DNA of 47,675 nt from Actinomycetota bacterium (GCA_013812235.1 JACCTU010000047.1:1-47675), one strand, 5' to 3'; positions 1-10,796 are shown, counted from the first letter of the stretch. Notes: generated from the letters alone by a model not told the origin. Numbers and translations: made by a program.

Positions 1-490
1 CGTTGGCGCCGACGTTGGACAGGACGTCCTCGAGCCACTCTGCGGCCTCTTCGGCGTCCATGCCCTTCGCGTACATCAGCTCGGAGGCGAGGATCTTCTT
101 CGCCTTCACGAACATCTGCTTCTCGCCGGTCGACAGACCCTTCTCGTGGTCCCGGAGCGAGAGGTTGCGAACGACCTCTGCAAGCTCCAGCACGTCGCCG
201 GTCTTCATCTTGTCGCGGTTGTGCTTGAAGCGACGGTTCCAGTTCTTCGGCATCTGCGTGCCGCCGCCCTTGAGCGCCTTCACGACGACTTCGACCATCT
301 TCTCGTCGATCACGGGCCGAAGGCCTACGGCCTCGGCGTTCTCGGCGGGAACCTGAACGGTCATGTCGTTGTGGAGGATCCGGATCGTCAGGTAGTCGCG
401 CTTCTGACCCAGCACCTCGCGCGATTCCTTCTTGACAACTGTTCCCGCCCCGTGGTGGGGGTAGACCACCTTCGCGCCGACCTTGAACAA
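1..490 (-). CDS. carD: CarD/CdnL-family RNA-polymerase-binding transcription regulator (C-terminus cut by window edge)
   Basis: Absent from the ORF track because it runs off the window. Reading the reverse complement from TTG at 490 gives LFKVGAKVVYPHHGAGTVVKKESREVLGQKRDYLTIRILHNDMTV...LSLRDHEKGLSTGEKQMF...YAKGMDAEEAAEWLEDVLSNVGAN, a typical CarD N-terminal pattern. A GGGAGGA Shine-Dalgarno lies 6 nt upstream. It sits next to disA/radA as in other Actinobacteria. Confidence 0.85.
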   Translation of the reverse strand, partial: MFKVGAKVVYPHHGAGTVVKKESREVLGQKRDYLTIRILHNDMTVQVPAENAEAVGLRPVIDEKMVEVVVKALKGGGTQMPKNWNRRFKHNRDKMKTGDVLELAEVVRNLSLRDHEKGLSTGEKQMFVKAKKILASELMYAKGMDAEEAAEWLEDVLSNVGAN

Positions 491-566
491 GCCGCGTCCT
501 CCCGTTCTGGAATGCCTCATCCGCCAAGAAGCCGGCGCTTGGTGCGGCGCCGGCGACAGTTACAGA

Positions 567-595
567 ATCGTAGCATTTCCAGGGGTTTTCGGCAA
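567..595 (-). promoter_or_regulatory. Candidate carD promoter (-35 TTGCCG, 17-nt spacer, -10 TACGAT on minus strand)
   Basis: The minus-strand hexamers are read directly from the sequence: plus-strand cggcaa at 590-595 and atcgta at 567-572. The -35 lies in the loop of a 9-bp hairpin, AGGGGTTTT-cggc-AAAACCCCT (581-602). This rests on consensus matching only. Confidence 0.3.
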
Positions 596-786
596 AACCC
601 CTGCTCGTTGCGAACTTCAGGAGTCACTCCCGGCGGGAGATCGGTAGTCCGCGGTGCGCTGGGCGGCGCCGAGGAAAGGACGCAGGGAGCGTTCGTACCC
701 AGAGGGTACGTACGCGACTGAGGACGCAGGCTCGCGACGCCCAGCGCGGCGCGGGCGCCGAGGTCTCGCCGGGAGGGGCTCCCTCC

Positions 787-1938
787 CTACAACTGGAGGT
801 AGCGGTCGACGAGGTTGTGCTCCTGGAGACGTCGCAGCCCCTCCCGGATGTCCCTGGCCCGAACGCCCCCTACCCCGTCCACCGCTTCCAGGTCGCGCTG
901 GGACGCCCGGACGATCGCCTCGAGGTTCGCCATTTGCTCGACAACGTGCCGGATGACGCTGTCCGGCAGGCGCGGGATCTGGGAGAGAACGCGGTAGCCG
1001 CGGGGCTGCACCGAGTGGTCGAGGGGGTTCGCCGTGGCCGGGTAGCCGAGCACGGCCAGGAGCTCGAACTCGAGCAGCTCCTTGTAGGCCAACTCGGTGA
1101 CCGCCTGGAGGCCCTCGCGCGTGGCGTCGATGCCGCCCTGAGCGTGGTAGTCGTAGACGACGGCGGCCTTCTCGCGCGGGACCTCGCCGACGAGCTCCTC
1201 GAGTTGCATCCGGATCATCCTCCCCTCGCTGCCGAGCTCGACGCAGGCACGCTCGATCTCCTCGGCCATCCGCGTCGTCAGCTCGGCGCGCTGGAGGACG
1301 ACGAGCACGTCGTCGAGCACGACGGCGTTCTGGAACTCGAGCGCCGTCAGGCGCGTCAGCACGTGGTCGAGGCGCTGCCGGTACGTCTCGAGCGTCGCCA
1401 GCGCCTGGTTCGTCTTGGCGAGTACGTCGGCGACGACCTCGAGCTGGTAGCGGCGCTTGCCGAGGAACACCGTCACGGTCTCGCGCTGCTGCGAGATCGA
1501 GATCACAAGCGCTTCGGTTTGCTTGGCGACGCGCTCGGCCGTGCGGTGCCGGGTCCCCGTCTCCAACGAGGCGATCGTCGGGTCGGGCATCAGCTGGACG
1601 TTCGCGTAGGCGAGCCGGCCGATGTCGGGGCTGACGATGATCGCCCCGTCCATTTTCGCCACCTCGTAGAGCAGCTGCTGGGTGAAGGGCAGGTTCAGCT
1701 TCATCCCACCCGAGTAGAGAAACGCCAGCTCGTCGGGATCGCCAATCACGATCAGCGCGCCCTCTTTCGAGCGGATGATGTCGTCGATCCCTCCGCGCAG
1801 CTCGGTACCCGGCGCGACCTGCGCGATCGCGGCGAGGAGGATCGGATCGCGGCGCTGGTCGAGCTCGGCGCGGGTGCGTGGGACGCCGACTTCGGACGCC
1901 CAGCCTGCGCGGTCAGTCGTCTTGCGCTCTGCGCTCAT
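787..1938 (-). CDS. disA: DNA integrity scanning protein DisA (diadenylate cyclase)
   Basis: 383-aa ORF with a DAC-domain pattern (GTELRGGIDDIIRSKEGALIVIGDPDE...DGAIIVS...GTRHRTAERVAKQT) and a C-terminal HhH region (VDGVGGVRARDIREGLRRL). It overlaps the radA stop by 26 nt, the usual radA-disA operon arrangement. Confidence 0.9.
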   Translation of the reverse strand: MSAERKTTDRAGWASEVGVPRTRAELDQRRDPILLAAIAQVAPGTELRGGIDDIIRSKEGALIVIGDPDELAFLYSGGMKLNLPFTQQLLYEVAKMDGAIIVSPDIGRLAYANVQLMPDPTIASLETGTRHRTAERVAKQTEALVISISQQRETVTVFLGKRRYQLEVVADVLAKTNQALATLETYRQRLDHVLTRLTALEFQNAVVLDDVLVVLQRAELTTRMAEEIERACVELGSEGRMIRMQLEELVGEVPREKAAVVYDYHAQGGIDATREGLQAVTELAYKELLEFELLAVLGYPATANPLDHSVQPRGYRVLSQIPRLPDSVIRHVVEQMANLEAIVRASQRDLEAVDGVGGVRARDIREGLRRLQEHNLVDRYLQL

Positions 1939-3262
1939 CGAGCCCTGCTCTCGTCGCTTCCCGCAACGTCTCTACCGTGAGCAAGGCTAGCGTCCCGCGC
2001 CCGGTGGTGCCGCTCGGCACCAGGGCGGTCTTCAACCCGAGCTTGGCGCACTCCTCGAGGCGTCGCTCTGCCTGCGCGGCCGGCCGGAGCCGCCCGGTCA
2101 GGCCGATCTCTCCGAACGTGGCGAGCCCTTCATGCACCGCCTGGCTCTTCGCCGCGGACGCGATCGCGAGCGCGATCGGCAGGTCCGCGCCCGGCTCGTC
2201 GACGCGCACACCGCCGGCGACGTTCACGAACACGTCCGCCTGGCCGAGCGCGAGCCCCGCGTGCCGGGAGAGCACCGCGACGATCATCGCGAGCCGCTTC
2301 GGGTCGACGCCCGTTCCGACGCGTCGCGGCATGGCAAGGTCGGTCGGCGAGACGAGCGCCTGCACCTCGAGCAGGATCGGCCGCGTGCCCTCGAGCGCGC
2401 AGGCGACGGCGCTACCCGGCTCGCCGGCGACGGTGCGCCCGAAGAGCTCGGAGGGATCGGGGACGCCGACCAGACCGGCGCCGGTCATCTCGAAGACGCC
2501 GAGCTCGTTCGTCGAGCCGAATCGGTTCTTCGTCGCACGCAACACGCGGTGCGCGTGGTACCGATCACCCTCGAACTGCAGCACGCAGTCGACGAGGTGC
2601 TCGAGCACGCGCGGGCCCGCGACGGCGCCGTCCTTCGTCACGTGGCCGACGAGGATCGTCGCGACGCCAGACTCCTTCGCGACGCGGAGCAGCCGAGAGG
2701 CCGCCTCGCGCACCTGCGCTACCGAGCCGGGCGCGGACCCGAGCTCCGACGAGTAGAGCGTCTGCACGGAGTCGATCACGCACACGTCGGGCCGCTCACG
2801 CTCGAGCGTGGCGCACACGGTCTCGAGCTCGGTCTCCGCGAGGATCTCGACCCGCTCCGCCCCGCCGAGCCGCTGCGCGCGGAGCTTCACCTGCGCAGTG
2901 GACTCCTCGCCCGTCACGAGCAGCGCGCGCCGGTCGGCCGAGATCGCGCTCAGCGCCGAGAGCAGCAGCGTCGACTTGCCGACCCCGGGCTCGCCGCCGA
3001 CCAGGACGAGCGAGGCGGGGACGAGCCCGCCGCCGAGCACGCGATCGAGCTCCGGCACGCCGGTGCTGATCCGCTCTGCCTCTTCGACGTCGACGTCGAC
3101 GAGGCGCAGGAGCGGCTTCGCGCGGGCCGCCGCGGCCCGCACCTCGGGCAGCGCCTCCTCCACCAGGCTTCCGAACGTGCCGCAGCCGGGGCATTTGCCG
3201 AACCAGCGCCCGGCCGAATAGCCGCACTCCGCGCACGCGTAGACCGTCGCCGCCTTCGCCAC
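1913..3262 (-). CDS. radA: DNA repair protein RadA/Sms
   Basis: 449 aa with a GTG start. It has an N-terminal zinc ribbon (CAECGYSAGRWFGKCPGCGTFGS), Walker A (GGEPGVGKSTLLL), the KNRFG motif (ATKNRFGSTNELGVFEM) and a Lon-like C-terminal domain. Confidence 0.93.
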   Translation of the reverse strand: MAKAATVYACAECGYSAGRWFGKCPGCGTFGSLVEEALPEVRAAAARAKPLLRLVDVDVEEAERISTGVPELDRVLGGGLVPASLVLVGGEPGVGKSTLLLSALSAISADRRALLVTGEESTAQVKLRAQRLGGAERVEILAETELETVCATLERERPDVCVIDSVQTLYSSELGSAPGSVAQVREAASRLLRVAKESGVATILVGHVTKDGAVAGPRVLEHLVDCVLQFEGDRYHAHRVLRATKNRFGSTNELGVFEMTGAGLVGVPDPSELFGRTVAGEPGSAVACALEGTRPILLEVQALVSPTDLAMPRRVGTGVDPKRLAMIVAVLSRHAGLALGQADVFVNVAGGVRVDEPGADLPIALAIASAAKSQAVHEGLATFGEIGLTGRLRPAAQAERRLEECAKLGLKTALVPSGTTGRGTLALLTVETLREATRAGLDERRAQDD

Positions 3263-3317
3263 CCGGTCATCGTACGGACGGCGCAGGACGACGAGAGTGA
3301 CGGAAGTGTAAAACCTG

Positions 3318-3338
3318 GCGCAACAAAATTTGTTGCGC
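3318..3338. promoter_or_regulatory. Perfect palindrome GCGCAACAAA-a-TTTGTTGCGC, candidate operator of the Xre antitoxin
   Basis: 10+10 bp perfect inverted repeat with a 1-nt centre, lying 13 nt upstream of the antitoxin ATG. It directly abuts a -10-like TAAGCT (3339-3344) that ends 6 nt before the ATG, which suggests a leaderless mRNA. Confidence 0.5.
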
Positions 3339-3350
3339 TAAGCTTCGACC

Positions 3351-3683
3351 ATGCCCGTGGCCACGCTCGTCAAGATTCGCGCGCTGAGGAAGGATTTGGG
3401 CACCCAGTCCCGCCTGGCCGAGCTCCTCGGCGTCAGCCGCTCCCGAGTGACCAGGTGGCTGGACGGCGAGGGCATCGACGAGACGAACGCCGACCGGATC
3501 GACCAGCTCGAGCTCGTGATGGCGATGGCCTTCCGCACCTACGAGCCCGAAGCCGTGCGCGCCTGGCTGACCGGGCTCAACCCTCTCTTGGGCTACCGCC
3601 AACCGATCTGGTTCATCCGGCAGGGCAGGTTCGAGGAAGTGGTGGCTGCGCTCAGGCAGGAGCGCGCCGGCTCCTTCGCATGA
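3351..3683 (+). CDS. Xre-family antitoxin with C-terminal DUF2384-like domain (MbcA/ParS-type)
   Basis: 110 aa with an N-terminal HTH (LGTQSRLAELLGVSRSRVTRWLDG) and a C-terminal segment typical of RES-partner antitoxins (WLTGLNPLLGYRQPIWFIRQGRFEEVVAAL). An ATGA stop/start overlap couples it to the downstream RES gene. Confidence 0.8.
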   Translation: MPVATLVKIRALRKDLGTQSRLAELLGVSRSRVTRWLDGEGIDETNADRIDQLELVMAMAFRTYEPEAVRAWLTGLNPLLGYRQPIWFIRQGRFEEVVAALRQERAGSFA

Positions 3684-4237
3684 TCCTGTACCGGACGTTC
3701 GCGCGAGACCGGGACGCCCGTCCGACCGAGGCCGGTGGCCCGCTCTGGTTTCCGCGGAGGCGGCAGGGCGGCGGGCGCCACGACAATCCCGAGCAGTATG
3801 GCTGTCTCTACGCGAGCGAGGACGAGAGCTCCGGGGTCGCCGAGGTGCTGTCGCGATTCCTCGGCGAGAAGGCGCTCGCACCCTGGATGGTCAGTCGCGA
3901 GGGACGTCCGCTTGCGCTAGCGACGATCGAGGTCGCCGACAACGCCGAGTTTGTCGACCTCGACCGTCCCCCAGTGCTGACCCGCGAGCGGCTGCGGCCG
4001 TCGCTCGTCGCGACGAGGGAGCGCGAGCTCACCCAGCCGCAGGCGCTGGCGATCTACGAGCGGGATCCGCGGGCCGTAGGGCTCCGCTGGTGGTCAACCC
4101 TCGAGTCACTCTGGGCGAACGTGACGCTGTTCGACCGCGCCGCTCCGTCAATGAGCGTCGTCGACGTGCGCGAGCTCAGCCTGACCGATCCCGCCGTCAC
4201 CGAAGCGGCCGAGTTCCTCGGCCTTGCCCCGGCGTAA
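3680..4237 (+). CDS. RES-domain toxin (MbcT/ParT-type NAD+-targeting or ADP-ribosyltransferase fold)
   Basis: This is the C-terminal 185 codons of track ORF 2132..4237, starting at the ATG that overlaps the antitoxin stop. The Arg/Glu/Ser triad context is present (GGGRHDNP ... CLYASEDESSGVAEV ... RWWSTLES), and size and gene order fit RES-Xre type II TA pairs. Confidence 0.8.
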   Translation: MILYRTFARDRDARPTEAGGPLWFPRRRQGGGRHDNPEQYGCLYASEDESSGVAEVLSRFLGEKALAPWMVSREGRPLALATIEVADNAEFVDLDRPPVLTRERLRPSLVATRERELTQPQALAIYERDPRAVGLRWWSTLESLWANVTLFDRAAPSMSVVDVRELSLTDPAVTEAAEFLGLAPA

Positions 4238-4298
4238 TGCGCCCGACCCGCGTTCGTTTTCAGTTGTGCCCCTCTCGACGTCCGAGCCCGCGGGGTGC

Positions 4299-4578
4299 CT
4301 ATGCGTCGAGGTCGACGAAGGCTTCGACGCGTCGTCGAGAGGAAGAGCCGTCGATGGCCGGAAAGCGGTAGAGCTCGGCAGCTGCGCCGAGCCGGCGCAT
4401 GAACCGGCGGATCGCCGCCTGGTCGGCAGCTCGCGCACTCGGCGGCGCGCTCGAAGCTCACGAGCCGTCTGACGATCGACACGAGCAGAGCCTCCGGCGA
4501 CTCGACCTGCGCGCGGAGGTCGTCGATTCCCACCCGGACGAGATCTGCGTCGGGAAGCCTCGCCACTGCGTCGTTCAT
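4299..4578 (-). pseudogene. Small ORF with an apparent frameshift (about 93 codons if repaired); function unknown
   Basis: Track ORF 4054..4578 starts plausibly (MNDAVARLPDADLVRVGIDDLRAQVESPEALLVSIVRRLVSFERAA) with G/C-rich third positions. After about codon 50 the third-position G/C signal moves to another frame, which reads ...RAADQAAIRRFMRRLGAAAELYRFPAIDGSSSRRRVEAFVDLDA and stops at 4299-4301. The original frame runs on into the RES gene as low-complexity junk. Confidence 0.35.
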
Positions 4579-4599
4579 GGTCTGACGGTAGCGACCGGC

Positions 4600-5511
4600 T
4601 CAGCCGGCGAGCTCGGGCTCCGGCACGGGCTGCGGTCGCCGCGTGACCGTCGCGACCAGGAGACCCGCGAGGATGCACGCCGCACCCAAGAGCTGCGCGC
4701 GCGACGGCGACTCGTCGAGGAGCAGTGCGGCGAACAGGACCGCGCAGAGCGGCTGGAAGGTCAGCATCACCGAGGTGAGCGCGGCGGGCAGGCGCGGCAG
4801 CGAGATAGAGATCAGGAGCCAGCCGAAGACCTGCGAGCTGAGCGCGAGCACGATCAGCCAGCCGGTCGCGCCGAGCGACGGCGTCAGGTCGAGGTCGCCG
4901 GCGACTGCACCGTAGAGGCCGGAGCCGATCGCCGCGGTGAGTGTCGCGTCGAAGAGCGGGCCGGCCGGCCGGCGCAGGTCACGGCCTCCTTCGCGCAGCG
5001 TCAGCAGAAACCCGGAGTACGCCACACCGGTCAGCACGCCGAAGATCGCGCCGAACGCCGGGTTCGCGCCGTATGCGCCTTCCTCGAGGACGCCGGAGAT
5101 CAGGACCACCCCCACGCCGACGATCGGGATCGACGCGAGCGCGCGCGGCGGCCGCTCGCCGAGCACGGCCCACGCGAGCACCGCGACCAGCACGACCTGC
5201 GTGTTCCCGAGCACCGTCGCGAGGCCCGCGCCGACCTGCTCGATCGCGTGGTGCCAGAGGATCAGATCGGCGGCGAAGAATACGCCCGCCGCCCACGCGA
5301 TCACGCGCGCCCGACGAGGACGCTTGCCGAAGCGCCGGTCCTCGAGCCGTGCGATCAGCCAGAGCGGCGGCAGCGCCCAGAGGCAGCGAAAGAACGCGCC
5401 GGTGCTGGGAGAGACCTCCGAGTAGCGGTAGAGGATCGCCGAGAACGAGATCGCGAGCGCTCCCGCGAGCACGAGCGGGACCGGTCGCCGGCCGAGCCAT
5501 GTCGCGGGCAT
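4600..5511 (-). CDS. EamA/DMT-superfamily transporter (10 TM)
   Basis: 303 codons from the internal ATG (MPATWLGRRPVPLVLAGALAISFSAILYR...). It is hydrophobic throughout, with two EamA-like halves. The upstream 150 codons of track ORF 4600..5961 are Arg/Pro/Gly-rich junk. Confidence 0.85.
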   Translation of the reverse strand: MPATWLGRRPVPLVLAGALAISFSAILYRYSEVSPSTGAFFRCLWALPPLWLIARLEDRRFGKRPRRARVIAWAAGVFFAADLILWHHAIEQVGAGLATVLGNTQVVLVAVLAWAVLGERPPRALASIPIVGVGVVLISGVLEEGAYGANPAFGAIFGVLTGVAYSGFLLTLREGGRDLRRPAGPLFDATLTAAIGSGLYGAVAGDLDLTPSLGATGWLIVLALSSQVFGWLLISISLPRLPAALTSVMLTFQPLCAVLFAALLLDESPSRAQLLGAACILAGLLVATVTRRPQPVPEPELAG

Positions 5512-5572
5512 CGGAGCGGTTCTACCGCGGGCTAGCCAGGGCGAACCTGCGTCGCCCACCGGCTGTGCTGTC

Positions 5573-5725
5573 TCAGCGGGCGTTCGGATCGACGCGCCGG
5601 CGAGCCTCGAGCTCGGCCTGACCGCGTGCGACGAGCTCACGGAGCCGGCGGACGGTCGGGCTGTTCTCGGCCTCGATCCGTGCCTGCTCGCTGATCTCCT
5701 TCTTACTCCGCTTCCGCTTCGCCAT
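5573..5725 (-). CDS. Possible small basic protein (50 aa), unknown function
   Basis: MAKRKRSKKEISEQARIEAENSPTVRRLRELVARGQAELEARRRVDPNAR, with an ATG start, good third-position G/C and helical charged character. No family was recognised. Confidence 0.3.
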   Translation of the reverse strand: MAKRKRSKKEISEQARIEAENSPTVRRLRELVARGQAELEARRRVDPNAR

Positions 5726-5840
5726 CGTCCTCCGCGATCGTGTCGCGGATGCGACGCACGTCGACGACGAGGTCCGCGAGGGCACCAAGGATAGCCAGCA
5801 CCTCCTCGCGGTAGACGACCGGCTCGGCGCTCGCGCCCAC
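5703..5840 (-). CDS. Possible small acidic protein (45 aa), unknown function
   Basis: GTG-initiated VGASAEPVVYREEVLAILGALADLVVDVRRIRDTIAEDDGEAEAE, overlapping the next small ORF by 23 nt. Support is weak and rests only on coding-like codon bias. Confidence 0.2.
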   Translation of the reverse strand: MGASAEPVVYREEVLAILGALADLVVDVRRIRDTIAEDDGEAEAE

Positions 5841-5944
5841 GCACGGATGGTCTCGGAAGGAGCGCGCAGCGCGCAAGTGACTTTGGGCGACAGGCCCCGG
5901 GGTGGAGAGGGCGGCGCCCACCGGCCGTCGGTCGATCGAAAACG

Positions 5945-5975
5945 AAAAGGCGGGCCGCCACATCGCCCGCCTTTT
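5945..5975. terminator. Bidirectional intrinsic terminator
   Basis: AAAAGGCGGGC-cgccacatc-GCCCGCCTTTT forms an 11-bp stem. The minus-strand reading is followed by CGTTTTCG and the plus-strand reading by a T4 run. Confidence 0.7.
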
Positions 5976-6152
5976 CGCCTCGTCAGGGGCACCCGCCGCA
6001 TCGGCGCCCCGTGCCAGCCTGAAGGAGTCTCCCCCCGGCGAGCTCGGTTGATTCCTACCCCTTTCGCTGATTCACCCCCTTCGGTTCACTTTCTCCCCCA
6101 CCTGGGGTAGGCGGGACGGGAGAACCTGGCGCAGAGTGAGCTTGCGAGAGTC

Positions 6153-6515
6153 GTGGGGGGCCGCAGCCCACTCTCTCGCAGCAGACGGCGGCTCGGGGAC
6201 TACCCGGGTCGCCGTGATGTTTCCGGGGTCGCCTACACGTGGGTGCGTCGGCAGGTGGCGCTCGGTCCGAGGCCCGCCGGCTCGGCAGAGAACCTGCCAG
6301 GCTTCGTCGGCGCGAACGACGGAGCGTCCGGCGTTGCGGTCGTGCTCGAGCTCGCACGGGTCGTGCGCGAGCGGCGCGTACGCCCGACGATCGTCTTCGC
6401 GCTCTTCGACGGAGAAGAAAGCCCGAGTAATGAGCCGGGGGACGACTTCTACGAGCACGGCCTGCGAGGCAGCAAGGTCATCCGGCTCGTCGTGTCCGAG
6501 TGGGTTATGCCTTAA
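6153..6515 (+). pseudogene. Remnant of an M28-family (glutaminyl-cyclase-like) metallopeptidase
   Basis: The ORF contains the M28 core ...LGPRPAGSAENL-PGFVGANDGASGVAVVLELARVV...RPTIVFALFDGEE...GLRGSK. The roughly 60 residues that normally separate the GPRxAGS and GAxDxxSG blocks are missing. The protein stops about 150 aa short of a full-length enzyme, and the N-terminal 25 codons are junk. Confidence 0.55.
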
Positions 6516-6582
6516 AAGAAGGGTGGAACGTAGCGCAGATCGGCGCCCCCTCTGGCCCACCGATACGCCTCGCGGCGAACGG

Positions 6583-9096
<2,514 letters not shown>

Positions 9097-9279
9097 GGTA
9101 GTCGGATGGTAGCGCAGGGTCCCGCGGCTGCCGAGGCGCCCTCAGGGGCCTCTGCGGGTGCCGTTCCCGGTTTAGACAAGCCGGTTCGGGAGCATCAGCA
9201 AATTCACGGCGCTGCGGCCACGGGGCTTTGTTCCCTCTCCCCTCCCGTTGCCGCGGCGCCGGCTTCGGTCGGCGACGTT

Positions 9280-10767
9280 CTAGGTCGGTCGGAGAGTCGT
9301 CCTGAGAGTCGACAACGCTCCGCCGACGACGGTCCAGCCGGTGAGGAGGATGATCTTCGCATCCAGCCAGAGCGAGAAATTCTCGATGTAGAAGTTGTCC
9401 CACTCGGCACGATCGGCGACCGACGTCTGACCGCGGAGGCCGTTAACTTGTGACCAGCCGGTGATTCCCGCCTTGACCCGGGTCCGATCGGCGTAGCGGT
9501 AGACGTCCCGGTCGAAGCGCTCGGCGAACTCGGGGCGCTCGGGGCGTGGACCGACCAGGCTCATCTCGCCCTTCAGCACGTTGAAGAGCTGCGGGAGCTC
9601 ATCGATCGCGGTGTCCCGGAGCAGCGCGCCGATCCGCGACCTGCGGTCGGCTCCTTCCACGCCGCCGGGAGCGAGGCCGTCGGCGATGCTGCGTCGGCCG
9701 ACGTCGAGCTCATGCGTCGTGGCTGGACGCATCGAACGGAACTTCAACATGTCGAACGGCTTTTTGTCACGCCCGATTCGCTGCTGCCGGAAGAGGATGG
9801 GGCGGCCGAGTGAGAGGAAGACGGCGAGCGCGGCGGCGAGCATCACCGGCGCAGCGAACAGGATCAGGATCCCGCCGACCACGCGGTCGATTGCGTACTT
9901 GACCGAGAACTGCCAGTCCCGTGGGCTGGCGGGTCGGGCGGTCACCAGGGGCAACCCCCCCAGGTACTCCAGCTCCACCGACCCCTGCACCTGCTCGAAG
10001 AACCGTGGTACGAACGAGACACGGATCCCGAGCCGCTCGCAGCGCTGCACGAGATCGACGAGCACGTTCTGAGGCGCGGTCGAGAAGGCGAGGATCACGT
10101 GCCGGACTCCGTACTCCTCGACCACGCGCTCGAGGTCCCAGCTGGCTCCGAGCACCCGTAGCTCGTCATCGGTGTCGAGGGGTTCCTTGTCCAGGTAGCC
10201 GATCGGCTCGAGACCGTGCTCGGGATGCGCGAGCAGGCGGTGGGCCACCTGCCGGCCGACGCGACCGGCCCCGATCACGAGCGTCGGCTGGCTTGCTTCG
10301 CCTACCCGGCGTGCTTCTCGTTCCGCGAAGCAGAGGAGCGCACGACCGGCGACAATGTACGCCGTCGCGAACAGCCACAAGCGGGCCGTTTGGGGCCCTG
10401 CCCACGACGCGTCCCCGGCGAGCACGCGCAATGTGAGGACGACCATCCCGGCAAGCGACGCAACCGCGATACAGGACTTGAGGTGGTCGAGCGTGTGCAC
10501 GAAGAGCGGCGTGCGGTACAGGCCACGTAGGGCGAGCAGCCCGACCACCAGGACCGGAAAGGCCGCTTGCCAGAACAACGAGGGCGGCCGAACGCCGGCT
10601 CGTTCTGCGCCGACGGTCGCGAAGAACGACGCCGCCAGGAGGGCGAAAGCGTCGATCGACAGCGCCCGCCACGTCCACCCGAGCCGACGGGTCGGCGCAG
10701 TGGTTCGCGCGGGAACGACAACGCTGCCGTCGAAGACGGCGAGCTCAGTTTGCCCAGGCGGGGTCAT
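9280..10767 (-). CDS. Polyprenyl-phosphate sugar-phosphate transferase (WbaP/WcaJ-type priming enzyme)
   Basis: 495 aa with N-terminal TM helices, a central Rossmann-like region and a C-terminal bacterial sugar transferase domain (KPFDMLKFRSMRP...IDELPQLFNVLKGEMSLVGPRPERPEF...RVKAGITGWSQVNG). Confidence 0.9.
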   Translation of the reverse strand: MTPPGQTELAVFDGSVVVPARTTAPTRRLGWTWRALSIDAFALLAASFFATVGAERAGVRPPSLFWQAAFPVLVVGLLALRGLYRTPLFVHTLDHLKSCIAVASLAGMVVLTLRVLAGDASWAGPQTARLWLFATAYIVAGRALLCFAEREARRVGEASQPTLVIGAGRVGRQVAHRLLAHPEHGLEPIGYLDKEPLDTDDELRVLGASWDLERVVEEYGVRHVILAFSTAPQNVLVDLVQRCERLGIRVSFVPRFFEQVQGSVELEYLGGLPLVTARPASPRDWQFSVKYAIDRVVGGILILFAAPVMLAAALAVFLSLGRPILFRQQRIGRDKKPFDMLKFRSMRPATTHELDVGRRSIADGLAPGGVEGADRRSRIGALLRDTAIDELPQLFNVLKGEMSLVGPRPERPEFAERFDRDVYRYADRTRVKAGITGWSQVNGLRGQTSVADRAEWDNFYIENFSLWLDAKIILLTGWTVVGGALSTLRTTLRPT

Positions 10768-10796
10768 CGCCGGTTTATACGCGCCGCAGGACCGAT

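Noticed and set aside
581-602. Hairpin AGGGGTTTT-cggc-AAAACCCCT between disA and carD as an intrinsic terminator
   Set aside because: The T/A runs form part of the stem, and no U-tract follows on either strand. It overlaps the candidate carD -35 and may be regulatory, but calling it a terminator is unsupported.
817-1980. Long plus-strand ORF (387 aa) antisense to disA. Similar long antisense or out-of-frame ORFs include 2132..3679, 6622..8670, 7697..9403, 11185..12291, 12439..13542, 33738..34688 (-), 40545..42230, 42817..44853 and 44205..46004.
   Set aside because: Their translations are Arg/Ala/Gly/Pro-rich low-complexity sequence, the typical stop-poor shadow frames of about 70% GC DNA. 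Each overlaps a gene with clear family signatures on the other strand or in another frame.
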